From: Actinomycetes bacterium
GTDB lineage: Bacteria > Actinomycetota > Actinomycetes > Propionibacteriales > Propionibacteriaceae
Direction of reading: 5' to 3'
DNA length: 64,000 bases
NCBI GenBank assembly: GCA_023460935.1
Contig: JAEWOI010000026.1
Location: forward strand, 6,803-70,802
The notes under the pieces were generated by a model. It had not been told where the DNA came from and searched no databases. It worked only from the letters and a program-made list of their open reading frames with translations. A program made the translations under genes and the position numbers. This document shows positions 55,638 through 64,000 of the stretch, piece after piece (positions within the stretch are counted from its first letter, which is position 1; every line of letters begins with the position of its first letter).

Positions 55638-57371
55638 TCAGGCGGGCCGGCCCGCCCTGGCGGCCTCCTCCTTCTCGAGCTGGGTGTAGGCGATCTTGCC
55701 GACCAGCGTCGTCGGCAGCTCTTCGCGGAACTCCAGGCTGCGGGGCACAGCCCAGCGCATCAGGTGCTTGCGGCAGTGGGCGAGGAGTTCGTTGCGCAGC
55801 CGGTCGTCGCCGGCCACCCCTTCGGCCGGCACGACGAAGGCCTTCACCGAGGACATCTGGTACTCGTCGGCCGTCCCGATCACACAGGCCCGCCGCACCT
55901 GGGCGTGGGCCTCCAGCACCTGCTCGACCTGCGCCGGGTACACCGAGACGCCGGACACCTTGATGATCCGCTTGTTGCGTCCCTTGAAGTACAGGTAGCC
56001 GTCGGCGTCCATGGTCCCGACGTCGGCGGTGTGCAGCCAGACCCGCCCGTCGGCGTGCCGCCGCAGGGTGGCGGCGGTGGCCTCCGGCTCGTTGAGGTAG
56101 CCCTGCATGAGGGTCGGCCCGGTGACGCACAGCTCGCCCTCGGCGCCGGGGGGCAGCGGGTTCCCGTCGGCGTCGGCGACGATCAGCTCCATGCCGGGGA
56201 TGGGTATGCCGATCGAGTTCTCCCGGTAGTGGCGCGAGGGTGACACCGTGCAGGCCGTGACGCATTCGGTGAGGCCGTAGCCCTCCATCAGCTCGACGTG
56301 GCTGCCCTGGGCCGCCAGCGCCTCGTCGAAGCGCGCCTTCAGCGCCGGGGTGAGGGAGTCACCGCCGGAGTAGGCGCCGCGCAGCCTGCCGAAATCGACC
56401 TTGCCGAACTTCGGGTCGCCGAGCAGCGCCTGGAACAGCGTCGGCACCCCCGCGATGTAGGACGGGGAGTACTTGACCAGGTTGTCGATGTAGATCCGGG
56501 CGCTGAACTCCGGCACCAGGATCGCGAAGGCGCCCACGGTCAGGGGCGTGTGGATGCACAGGCCCAGGCCGAAGCCGTGGAACACCGGCAGGATGGCCAG
56601 GACGCTGTTGCCCGGCTCGATGCCGGTGATGGCAGCCATCGAGACCGCGAGGGCGTTGAAGTTGGCGCTGGAGAGCTTGATGCCCTTCGGCAGCGCCGAG
56701 GTGCCGCCGCTGAACAGGATCACCTCGCCCTGCCGGTCGAGCTGCGGGTCCCCGGCTCGCGCCGGCTGCGGCGCCTGGACCGGCTGCTGCGGCGGATGGT
56801 CCTTGGCCTTGAGGAAGCTGAGCCAGCCCAGGATGCGCGGGTCGGACTTCGGCACCGGGTCGATCTTGCGCCCCTTGGTGGCCTTGAAGCCCAGCTTCTT
56901 GGCGCTGGTGAGGTAGTCGGAGAAGTGGCAGATCAGGAGCTTCTCCACCGACGTCTCGGCCAGGATGTCCCGGAACCGGCCGTAGAACATGTCCATCGTG
57001 ACCGCCCAGCGGCTGCCGGTCTCGTTGAGGTAGTGCCGCAGCTCGGTGGGGGACGACAGCGGGTGGGTCATCACCGCCCTGGCCCCAATGCGGTTCAGGG
57101 CGTAGAACAGCACGATCGCGTTCGGGACGTTGGGCATCGACAGCGTGACGCTGTCCCCGGCCCGGATGCCGTGCGCGGTGAGGGCGGCGGCGCAGTCGTC
57201 GATGTCGGCGAGCAGCGACCGGTAGCTGATCCTGCGGCCGACGTAGACCAGTGCGGTGCGGTCGGGCCAGCGGAGCCCGGCCCGGGCAACCAGTTCGTAC
57301 ATGGTCGCCTCGGGCACGGTGATGTCGGACGGGATGTCGCCGTAGAAGGCGAGCCAGGGTCGCTCAGTCAT
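55638..57371 (-). CDS. AMP-binding enzyme, long-chain acyl-CoA ligase-like
   Basis: LFSGGTSALPKG, LPVFHGFGL, EGYGLTE, GELCVTGP, WLHTAD, GRNKRII, LPTTLVGK. Confidence 0.92.
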   Translation of the reverse strand: MTERPWLAFYGDIPSDITVPEATMYELVARAGLRWPDRTALVYVGRRISYRSLLADIDDCAAALTAHGIRAGDSVTLSMPNVPNAIVLFYALNRIGARAVMTHPLSSPTELRHYLNETGSRWAVTMDMFYGRFRDILAETSVEKLLICHFSDYLTSAKKLGFKATKGRKIDPVPKSDPRILGWLSFLKAKDHPPQQPVQAPQPARAGDPQLDRQGEVILFSGGTSALPKGIKLSSANFNALAVSMAAITGIEPGNSVLAILPVFHGFGLGLCIHTPLTVGAFAILVPEFSARIYIDNLVKYSPSYIAGVPTLFQALLGDPKFGKVDFGRLRGAYSGGDSLTPALKARFDEALAAQGSHVELMEGYGLTECVTACTVSPSRHYRENSIGIPIPGMELIVADADGNPLPPGAEGELCVTGPTLMQGYLNEPEATAATLRRHADGRVWLHTADVGTMDADGYLYFKGRNKRIIKVSGVSVYPAQVEQVLEAHAQVRRACVIGTADEYQMSSVKAFVVPAEGVAGDDRLRNELLAHCRKHLMRWAVPRSLEFREELPTTLVGKIAYTQLEKEEAARAGRPA

Positions 57372-57385
57372 ACCTAGCCTCCGAA

Positions 57386-58231
57386 CTAGAGCTGCTCGAG
57401 CTGGGCGGGGTCGTTGAGGTAGCGGTCGAAGAGCTCCAGGGCGCGGGCGTCGTAGTAGCCGTCAGCGATGCGCTCGTCCAGGGCCACCTTCAGTTCCATG
57501 GTGCGCCGGACCGCAGGCTGGCCGTCCGGGCCCACCACCACCGTCGGCTTCACCTGCCCGATGGTGACGAAGAGGCTGCACGTGCCCCACTCGAACAGGT
57601 GGTGGTAAGCCGCGCCCATCCCGACGCTGCCGAGGTTGGCCACGAACGCGCTGCAGCGCATCGGGTCGACGCCGCGCAGGAAACTCGGTGTGTCGACGTA
57701 GAAGTCCCACCAGCGGAGCAGGTTGACCGCCACCTGCAGCACACCGCGCGGGAGCCGCAGGAACACGTCGATCAGGGCGTCGTCCGACTTCTGCTCCCCG
57801 GACTTCGCGGTGCGGATCTCGCCGCGGATCTTGGCCAGCGCGGTCCTGGCGTCGTCCTGCGGCCGGACCTTGATCATCACGCTGGTCTCGGAGCTGTCGA
57901 GGGTGTACTCGCGCCGCGCCGTGAACGCCAGCTCGACGCTCTCCCGCTGGTACAGCCGGCGCCCGATGATGTAGCGGTTGAGCGTGGGGCGCTCCCGCAG
58001 GATCTTCACCAGCGCCAGCAGCACGGCTTCGAAGATCGACAGTTCCTGCGGCGTGCCCTTGTGCTGTTCGACGTAGGCCATCAGGTTCTCCGCGTCGACC
58101 AGCACGGGGTAGTAGGCGACCGACTCGTTCCTTCCCTTCATCAGGTAGGGGAACATGGCGTTGAAGCTGCGCCCGAGGTCAACCCGGGTCGCGTCGTGGC
58201 GCCCCCGCTTCCGTCTGCCGATACCGCCCAT
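57386..58231 (-). CDS. Stand-alone 2-oxoacid dehydrogenase E2-like (CAT-fold) acyltransferase catalytic domain
   Basis: RPTLNRYI, FVANLGSVG, LDERIADG (compare DHRxxDG); no lipoyl domain. Confidence 0.8.
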   Translation of the reverse strand: MGGIGRRKRGRHDATRVDLGRSFNAMFPYLMKGRNESVAYYPVLVDAENLMAYVEQHKGTPQELSIFEAVLLALVKILRERPTLNRYIIGRRLYQRESVELAFTARREYTLDSSETSVMIKVRPQDDARTALAKIRGEIRTAKSGEQKSDDALIDVFLRLPRGVLQVAVNLLRWWDFYVDTPSFLRGVDPMRCSAFVANLGSVGMGAAYHHLFEWGTCSLFVTIGQVKPTVVVGPDGQPAVRRTMELKVALDERIADGYYDARALELFDRYLNDPAQLEQL

Positions 58232-58329
58232 GACTCCGGTCTTCCCGGCCGGCTGCGCTGCCGGCCACCGCGTCCGAGTAAACCAAGGATCCGGGCGTTG
58301 CGGGCCGAGGTCTCACCCGGCGCGCCGAC

Positions 58330-59271
58330 TCAGGTGATGCTGTTCGGCGCCAGTTCGACCCCCGTGCGGTCGGAGCCGATGCCGGACTCGGTGGGGGGTT
58401 CGGCGAGGGCGCGCAGGCGGCGCGTGTAGCGGAGCAGCAACGGCAGGCGGGCGCGCAGCGGGATCCGGTTGGGCTGGAGCAGTACCTGCGTGGCCATCAT
58501 GTTGCGGGCCTGGCGCAGCAGGCGGCGGTAGTTGGGCCGCCACGGCTCCCAGTAGCCGTTGCTGATCAGGAAGTGGCGAAGGATGTCGATCGCCGCGGCG
58601 AAGGAGAACACGTTCTTCACGCCGAACTGGCCGGTGATGCTGTCCTTGCGCAGGCAGTAGTGGTAGTAGGCGCGCCGGGTGATCGCCACCGTTTCCGCCC
58701 TGGACAGGACCCGGGTGGTGGTGGCCAGGTCCTCGTAGAGAATGCTGGGGAAGGGCTCGTCCGCGTGGAAGAGGCTGCGCCGGTAAACCTTGTTCCAGGC
58801 GAAGGCCGGCATCCGGGTGAGCACGAGCGAACGTTCCGCGGCCTGCACCCCGGTGAGCAGCTTCGCGTGGGGCAGGAACGGGAAGGGTGCCTTCAGCCCC
58901 CACTTGTGGAACCAGAACCCGCAGACGACGACATCGGCACCGGTGCGTTCGGCGATCCCGACGAGGTCGGTGACGTAGTCGGGCTCGGCCCAGTCGTCGG
59001 CGTCGACGAAGAACACGTACTCCCCCGAGGCCAGGTCGAGGGCTGCGTTCCGCGCCGGGCCGAGGCCCCGGTGCTCCTGGCTGATCACGCGGATCTCGGG
59101 GTGCTCGGCCTCGTAGGCTCGCATGACCTGCAGGGACGGGTCAGTCGAACCGTCGTCGACGACCAGGATCTCCAGCGGCCGGTAGGTCTGTGCCAGCAGC
59201 GAGTCCAGGCAGCGTGGCAGCAGGTGGGCCACGTCCCAAGCCGGGACGATGAGGCTGACCAGCTTCGACAT
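58330..59271 (-). CDS. Glycosyltransferase family 2 protein
   Basis: VSLIVPAW, CLDSLLAQT, VVDDGSTD, ARNAAL, FVDADD, WNKVYRR, YED. Confidence 0.94.
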   Translation of the reverse strand: MSKLVSLIVPAWDVAHLLPRCLDSLLAQTYRPLEILVVDDGSTDPSLQVMRAYEAEHPEIRVISQEHRGLGPARNAALDLASGEYVFFVDADDWAEPDYVTDLVGIAERTGADVVVCGFWFHKWGLKAPFPFLPHAKLLTGVQAAERSLVLTRMPAFAWNKVYRRSLFHADEPFPSILYEDLATTTRVLSRAETVAITRRAYYHYCLRKDSITGQFGVKNVFSFAAAIDILRHFLISNGYWEPWRPNYRRLLRQARNMMATQVLLQPNRIPLRARLPLLLRYTRRLRALAEPPTESGIGSDRTGVELAPNSIT

Positions 59272-59384
59272 CTCTACCCCCCAAATTCACACCTGCCGGA
59301 ATTATCGCCGGTGGCGGAGCCCCCGGGACAGGCGTCCGGGCAACCACCGCTCAGCACGCTCGGTACCCCGGTTACGGTGGGTGC

Positions 59385-60068
59385 ATGTATCTGGAGAACC
59401 TGGTGTTCGACGCGGCCGACCCGGGGCGGCTCGGCAGGTTCTGGGAGGAGCTGGTCGGCGGCGAGCGGCTCACCGACGAGCCGGACGCTTTCGAGACCCG
59501 GTTGGCCATCGCTGACGGGCCGGTGCTCGACCTGTGCTTCCAGGCGGTGCCCGAGCCCAGGGCCGAAGCTCCAGCCCGCCTGCGTCCCGTCCTGCGTGAC
59601 CGGCCTGCGGGCTGCAAGGCGGACGCGCGGGAGGTGGCCGACCTCGAGGGCAATCCCTGCCTGGTGGCGGCAGGAGCCGGACCGCTCGACTCCGGGCTGA
59701 TCGAAGCGGGGCTGATCGAAACCGGGCCGGTCGCCGGCTTGGTGCTGGATTGTGCCGACCCCGTCCGGGACGCAGCCTTCTGGGCCTGGCTGACGGGCTG
59801 GGCCGACTGGCCGGCCCGGCAACCGGCGCTGCGGCACCCCTCCGGAAGGGGGCCGGTGCTGGAGTTCCGGCCCCAGCGGCAGCCCAAGCAGGTGAAGAAC
59901 CGGCTCCACCTCGACGTCCGGCTGGACTTGGCGGACGACGCCGCAGCCGTGGCAGCCGGGATCACCCACCGCGGCGGCCGGGAGGTGCGCTTCGGCAGTG
60001 GGTTGCCCTGGCGGAGCTACGTCGACCCTTCCGGCAATGAGTTCTGCGTGCTGCCAGCGCGCAACTGA
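59385..60068 (+). CDS. VOC/glyoxalase-like protein (tandem; first domain eroded)
   Basis: LVFDAADP..FW, ADLEGNPC, LDCADP..AFW, KNRLHLDV, DPSGNEFCV. Confidence 0.8.
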   Translation: MYLENLVFDAADPGRLGRFWEELVGGERLTDEPDAFETRLAIADGPVLDLCFQAVPEPRAEAPARLRPVLRDRPAGCKADAREVADLEGNPCLVAAGAGPLDSGLIEAGLIETGPVAGLVLDCADPVRDAAFWAWLTGWADWPARQPALRHPSGRGPVLEFRPQRQPKQVKNRLHLDVRLDLADDAAAVAAGITHRGGREVRFGSGLPWRSYVDPSGNEFCVLPARN

Positions 60069-60081
60069 ACCCGCGGCGCCG

Positions 60082-60390
60082 CTAGTCCGCTCGGGAGGGC
60101 GGGGCGCCGTAGGTGACCTCCAGGTACTCGGGATGGCGCTGGATCCAGCCCTTGATGAACGGGCAGACGGCGAGCGCCTTCCGTTCACCCTGTTCGCGGA
60201 GAGCGTCCAGGGCGTGACGGGCGATCGCCGAGCCGACGCCCTGACCCTCGAACTCCGGCTCGACCTCGGTGTGGGTGAACACCACCAGGGTGTCGGTCAT
60301 CTGGTAGTCGGCGATCCCGGCCAGGCGGCCGTCGATGCGGGCCTCGAACCGGCTGGCCTCGCGGTTGTCCCTGATGCTGATCCCACTCAT
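60082..60390 (-). CDS. Small GNAT acetyltransferase (YjdJ-like)
   Basis: SRFEA, FTHTEV..FEGQGVG, CPFIKGWIQRHPEY. Confidence 0.9.
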   Translation of the reverse strand: MSGISIRDNREASRFEARIDGRLAGIADYQMTDTLVVFTHTEVEPEFEGQGVGSAIARHALDALREQGERKALAVCPFIKGWIQRHPEYLEVTYGAPPSRAD

Positions 60391-60538
60391 CGCTCACTCC
60401 TGGCGTTCGACAATCTGCACGGCCGCGCGCACGGGCAGCCTGCCACCACCATACGGAGGCCGGCCGCGAAGCGGCCCGGCTCCGGGCCAGCCGGTACCGC
60501 CGGACGGTGTCCGGCCGGGGTGCAACCCTCCGGGACGC

Positions 60539-61255
60539 TCAGTCGAGGCCGAAGTAGCCGGGGTCGGCCAGGAACCGCCGGTACAGCGCCACGGTCATCA
60601 GGTCTTCCCAGCCGCGGGCGTGCAGCCCTTCCGCGTCCAGCTCGACCAGCTGCGCTCCCGGGATCGCCGCGAGGATCGGGGAATGCGTCGCCAGCAGCAC
60701 CTGGATGCCGTCCTCGCGCAACCCCGCCAACTGGTTGGCCAGGCCGATCTGGGACAGCAGGGACAGCCCGGCCTCCGGTTCGTCCAGCACGAGGAAGCCG
60801 CCCCGGCCGGCCATGTGGCCCACCTTGGTGCCCAGCAGCTCCAGGAAGGCCTGCCCGTGGGACCGCTCGTGGTAGGCCGGGTCGGAGCCCGGGTTCTGTT
60901 CGAGGTAGGTCAGCAGCCCGTGCATGGTCTCGGCCCGCACGAAGTAGCCCCAGCGGGACCGGGCCAGCCCGCGGACGAGGCGGAGGTGCTCATGCAGGCC
61001 CGACTCGGTCGGGCGCCCGGAGGCCCTCGTGGTCGTGCTGCCGCCTTCTGGGTGCAGCCCGTAGGCCATGGCTACCGCCTCGATGATCGTCGACTTGCCC
61101 ACGCCGTTCTCGCCGACGAGGATCGTCAGCTCCGACAGCTCCAGCCCGTTCTCCAGCAGCTCGGCCACCGGCGCGAGCGTGAACGGCCAGCCGAACCGCT
61201 CCAAACCCGGTTCCCCCACCACCTCGCGCACCGGCAGCGAACTGAAGGGGGTCAC
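60539..61255 (-). CDS. ABC/AAA-type predicted ATPase (COG3910-like)
   Basis: VGENGVGKSTIIEA, EGG, FVRAET, SHGQAF, LDEPEAGLS, ATHSP; leaderless TACGCT-6nt-GTG. Confidence 0.88.
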   Translation of the reverse strand: MTPFSSLPVREVVGEPGLERFGWPFTLAPVAELLENGLELSELTILVGENGVGKSTIIEAVAMAYGLHPEGGSTTTRASGRPTESGLHEHLRLVRGLARSRWGYFVRAETMHGLLTYLEQNPGSDPAYHERSHGQAFLELLGTKVGHMAGRGGFLVLDEPEAGLSLLSQIGLANQLAGLREDGIQVLLATHSPILAAIPGAQLVELDAEGLHARGWEDLMTVALYRRFLADPGYFGLD

Positions 61256-61417
61256 GCGGCCAGCGTAGGGCTCGCCGGTGACGGGCCTCCGCTCCCCGGG
61301 GAGGCCGGGGCCGCTCGGAGGATCTCTGGCGCAGCTCCGCCCAGCCCTGGGCCGTGGGGCTGAGTTGGCTGCTGCGGGGCCTAGCCTTTGCTGTGGCCAT
61401 GACGAAGGAGGGTGGGA

Positions 61418-62371
61418 GTGAGCGCAGTCGGGTGGCGTCCCCTGACCTATCTCGGCAGCGCGGTGCTGTTGTGGGGCACGAGCTTCGCCGTGACCAAGAG
61501 CGCTTACGCTGTGCTGCCGCCGATGTACGTGGTGTGGCTGCGCATGCTGGTGGCGGTGCTGGCCTTCCTCCCGCTGCTCCGGTTCGTGAAACCGCCAGCC
61601 TACGAACGCGGCGACTGGAAGTACCTCGGGCTGGCCTCGCTGTTCCTGCCGTGCCTCTACTTCGCGCTGGAAGGCTTCGCGATCCTGTTCACCAGCTCCA
61701 GCCAGGCCGGGGTGATCGCTGCGGTGATGCCGCTGATCGTCGCGGTCAGTGCCTGGGCGGTGCTGCGGGAACGGCCGGCCACGGCCACGATCGTCGCGAT
61801 CTGCGTCTCGATGGCCGGTGTGGCAGCCCTCTCTCTTGGCGGGACCACCCACGACGCGGCGCCGAACCCGCTGCTCGGCAACCTGCTCGAGCTGGGCGCG
61901 ATGTTCGCCGCGGCCGGGGCCACGCTGACCATCAAGCGGTTGAGCACCCGGTATGACCCGCTGCTGATCACCGGCATGCAGATGGCGGTCGGCAGCGTCT
62001 TCTTCGCACCGCTGGCCCTGGCCTCGGGTCCGGTGGAGTGGCTTGCGGTGCCGGCTTCTGCCTGGGCTGCGATCGCCTACCTTGGGATCGGCTGCGGGCT
62101 GGCCGCCTTCGCCCTGTACAACTCCGGCCTGCGCCTGGTGCCCGCGACCCGCGCAGCACTGACGATCAACCTGGTGCCGGCGGTCGCCATCCTCACCGGC
62201 TGGTTCGCGCTGGGGGAGACGATGGTGCCGCTCCAGGTGGCAGCCTGCGGCCTGATCATCGGTTCGGTGGTCCTGGCCGAGATCGCCAGCCGGCGGGCGG
62301 CGGCTCCGCGAGGCAGCGAGCCGGCGGAGCCGGCCCGGCCGGCCGAGGCCGCGGAGACCGCAAAGGGCTGA
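61418..62371 (+). CDS. DMT/EamA family transporter
   Basis: LWGTSFAVTK, about 10 TM segments, NLVPAVA..LGE; RBS AAGGAGG. Confidence 0.92.
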   Translation: MSAVGWRPLTYLGSAVLLWGTSFAVTKSAYAVLPPMYVVWLRMLVAVLAFLPLLRFVKPPAYERGDWKYLGLASLFLPCLYFALEGFAILFTSSSQAGVIAAVMPLIVAVSAWAVLRERPATATIVAICVSMAGVAALSLGGTTHDAAPNPLLGNLLELGAMFAAAGATLTIKRLSTRYDPLLITGMQMAVGSVFFAPLALASGPVEWLAVPASAWAAIAYLGIGCGLAAFALYNSGLRLVPATRAALTINLVPAVAILTGWFALGETMVPLQVAACGLIIGSVVLAEIASRRAAAPRGSEPAEPARPAEAAETAKG

Positions 62372-62410
62372 ACGGCCGGCGCTGTCGGCCACGGGTGGGA
62401 TCATCAGCTC

Positions 62411-63175
62411 GTGCCAGTGCTGACGATCGGGGCCGTCCCGGCGGCGCGAAGACGACCGCGGCGGCGGTGGGTCCTGTGGGGCGCGCTGGTTGTGGCGCTG
62501 GTGATCCTCGCGGTGGCGCTGTTCAACTGGCCGGTGCTCGCAGCCCGGCCGCCGTGGGCACGTCCGGGGAACACCCTGCTGGCCAGCTCTGCGCAGGAGA
62601 TCGACTCGGCGCGGGCGCAGCTGTCCCGGCTCCGGGTGGTCGACCGGCCGCTTCCGGCCGGCGACTATCGGCGCGCGAGCTTCGGCGAGGCCTGGGCCGA
62701 TACTGACGGCAACGGCTGCAACCAGCGCGACGACGTGCTGCTGCGGGACGCGCTGAAGGCCGAGCCCTACCGGGTGGCCCGGCAGGGCAGCTGCGACCAC
62801 GACGTGCTTGCCGGCACCTGGATCGACCCGTACACCGGCGGGAGGATCACCCTCACCGACGCGAAGCAGCCCGACCAGGCCCAGTCGGTGCAGATCGACC
62901 ACGTCGTCGCCCTCAGCGTGGCGTGGCGCTACGGTGCGAACGGCTGGTCCGACGCCGAGCGGCACCAGTTCGCCAACGACCTGAGCAACCTGGTCGCCGC
63001 CGGGGGTGCCGCCAACCAGGCCAAGGGTGGTTCCGACGCCGAGGAGTGGCAGCCGGTACGCGCCGCCCAGTGCGGCTACGCCGTCCGGTACGTGACGGTG
63101 AAGGCGACGTACGGCCTGCCAACCGACCTCGTGGAGCGGGCGGCCCTGACCCGGATGCTCGCCACCTGTCCCTGA
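62411..63175 (+). CDS. Membrane-anchored/secreted HNH-family nuclease (DUF1524-like)
   Basis: YRRASFGEAWAD..GCNQRDDVL, WIDPYTG, QIDHVVAL, FAND..NL..ANQAKG, C.YA. Confidence 0.88.
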   Translation: MPVLTIGAVPAARRRPRRRWVLWGALVVALVILAVALFNWPVLAARPPWARPGNTLLASSAQEIDSARAQLSRLRVVDRPLPAGDYRRASFGEAWADTDGNGCNQRDDVLLRDALKAEPYRVARQGSCDHDVLAGTWIDPYTGGRITLTDAKQPDQAQSVQIDHVVALSVAWRYGANGWSDAERHQFANDLSNLVAAGGAANQAKGGSDAEEWQPVRAAQCGYAVRYVTVKATYGLPTDLVERAALTRMLATCP

Positions 63176-63423
63176 CCTGGAACGCTCCATCGCCCTTCTT
63201 GACGCCGCTCGGTGCGCCCGAAGGGATGGAAGTAAACCCTCAACCATTCCAAAGCAAACCCTCAAGTAGTGTCGAAAAGCCGCGCCGGTCAATGCCAGAC
63301 TGATCGTGCAGTTGGCGCTGACTAGGCGCTCTGTCGGCGTTGGGAGCGCATTTCCCGTAATCCACCCTTCGCCTTTTCGGCGTGCCCGGAACCCGGCGCA
63401 CAGGCTTTTCCAGAAGGTGAGTG

Positions 63424-64000
63424 ATGAAGCGGTTGAGCATTCTGAGGGCGGCAGTCGTCGCGTCCCTGCTGACGGCCCTCCTGGCCTTCGGCACAGGAGT
63501 CGTCGTCCCTGCGCCGACCCAGGCCGCGACCGCCGCACCGTCCGCAGCCCAACTGAAGGCGCAGGCGATCTACTTCCAGCAGAAGGGGCGGGTCAGCCAG
63601 CGCGACCTGGCCGTGAGCTCGCTCGAGCCGGCGTCGCCCTGGCAGTCCAGGCTCTGGAGTGACTTCGTCGCCGGGTGGGCCCGCACGAACAACTATCTGA
63701 AGATGTACCCGTCGGTGCCGAAGGGCCTGCCGGGCAAGGGGCACGTCTTCGTCGTGCTGGGTTCGGCGCTGACCAAGTCGGGCAAGCTGAGCAACAAACT
63801 GGAACGTCGGCTCAAGCTCGCCCTCGCCGCGCTCAAGAAGTACCCGCGCTCCAAGGTGCTGGTCAGTGGCGGTGCGCCGCGCAACGGGCACACCGAGGCC
63901 GGTGTGATGTCCGCATGGCTGCGTGCCAAGGGAGTGGCGGAGGCCCGCATCCTGGTGGAGAAGAAGTCCACCAGCACCGTCAGCAACGCGGTCAACTCCA
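63424..64000 (+). CDS. Secreted YdcF/DUF218 (ElyC/SanA-like) protein, 3'-truncated by window edge
   Basis: My translation: MKRLSILRAAVV.. signal peptide; FVVLGSAL..ERRLKLA..VLVSGG..TEAGVM..ILVEKKSTSTVSNA. Absent from the ORF track because there is no stop in the window. Confidence 0.88.
   Translation, partial: MKRLSILRAAVVASLLTALLAFGTGVVVPAPTQAATAAPSAAQLKAQAIYFQQKGRVSQRDLAVSSLEPASPWQSRLWSDFVAGWARTNNYLKMYPSVPKGLPGKGHVFVVLGSALTKSGKLSNKLERRLKLALAALKKYPRSKVLVSGGAPRNGHTEAGVMSAWLRAKGVAEARILVEKKSTSTVSNAVNS

Noticed and set aside
60539..63175. ATPase + HNH nuclease defence system (Septu/PARIS-like)
   Set aside because: The genes are on opposite strands and separated by an EamA gene, and the HNH protein has an N-terminal membrane/secretion segment typical of extracellular nucleases.
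60539..63538. 999-aa minus-strand ORF as one gene
   Set aside because: Only the last ~238 codons encode a recognisable ATPase; the rest is antisense to the EamA, HNH and DUF218 genes, a high-GC artefact.

Overview
Very GC-rich actinobacterial chromosomal window. GC is roughly 70%+ by eye; many genes look leaderless, with a -10 box 6-7 nt before the start codon. It holds about 55 genes. I recognised no rRNA, tRNA, transposase, integrase, phage gene or true CRISPR array. Gene content in order: two convergent GGDEF-EAL genes; a secreted PLD-superfamily protein bracketed by palindromic repeats; a four-gene FtsX-type ABC system; TetR plus flavin monooxygenase; GH15; zwf; a LacI-controlled lactonase plus sugar ABC operon; MarR/MFS; a GntR-controlled divergent catabolic locus; a cold-adaptation cluster (desaturase, csp, DEAD-box helicase); a DUF4062-STAND-TPR protein; a GT2 / E2-like acyltransferase / acyl-CoA ligase operon; assorted small genes. 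Most notable: (1) REP-like repeat families have entered three coding sequences in frame and appear to be translated; (2) the catabolic locus (ethanolamine-permease-like transporter, FGGY kinase, glycerol-1-phosphate-dehydrogenase-like enzyme, orphan TIM barrel, two HAD phosphatases) has a shared operator and no obvious known substrate; (3) a cryptic reading frame with no canonical start runs in frame into the csp gene; (4) a ~93-nt structured leader lies upstream of a GGDEF-EAL gene. All family assignments come from motifs recognised by eye; no searches were run.
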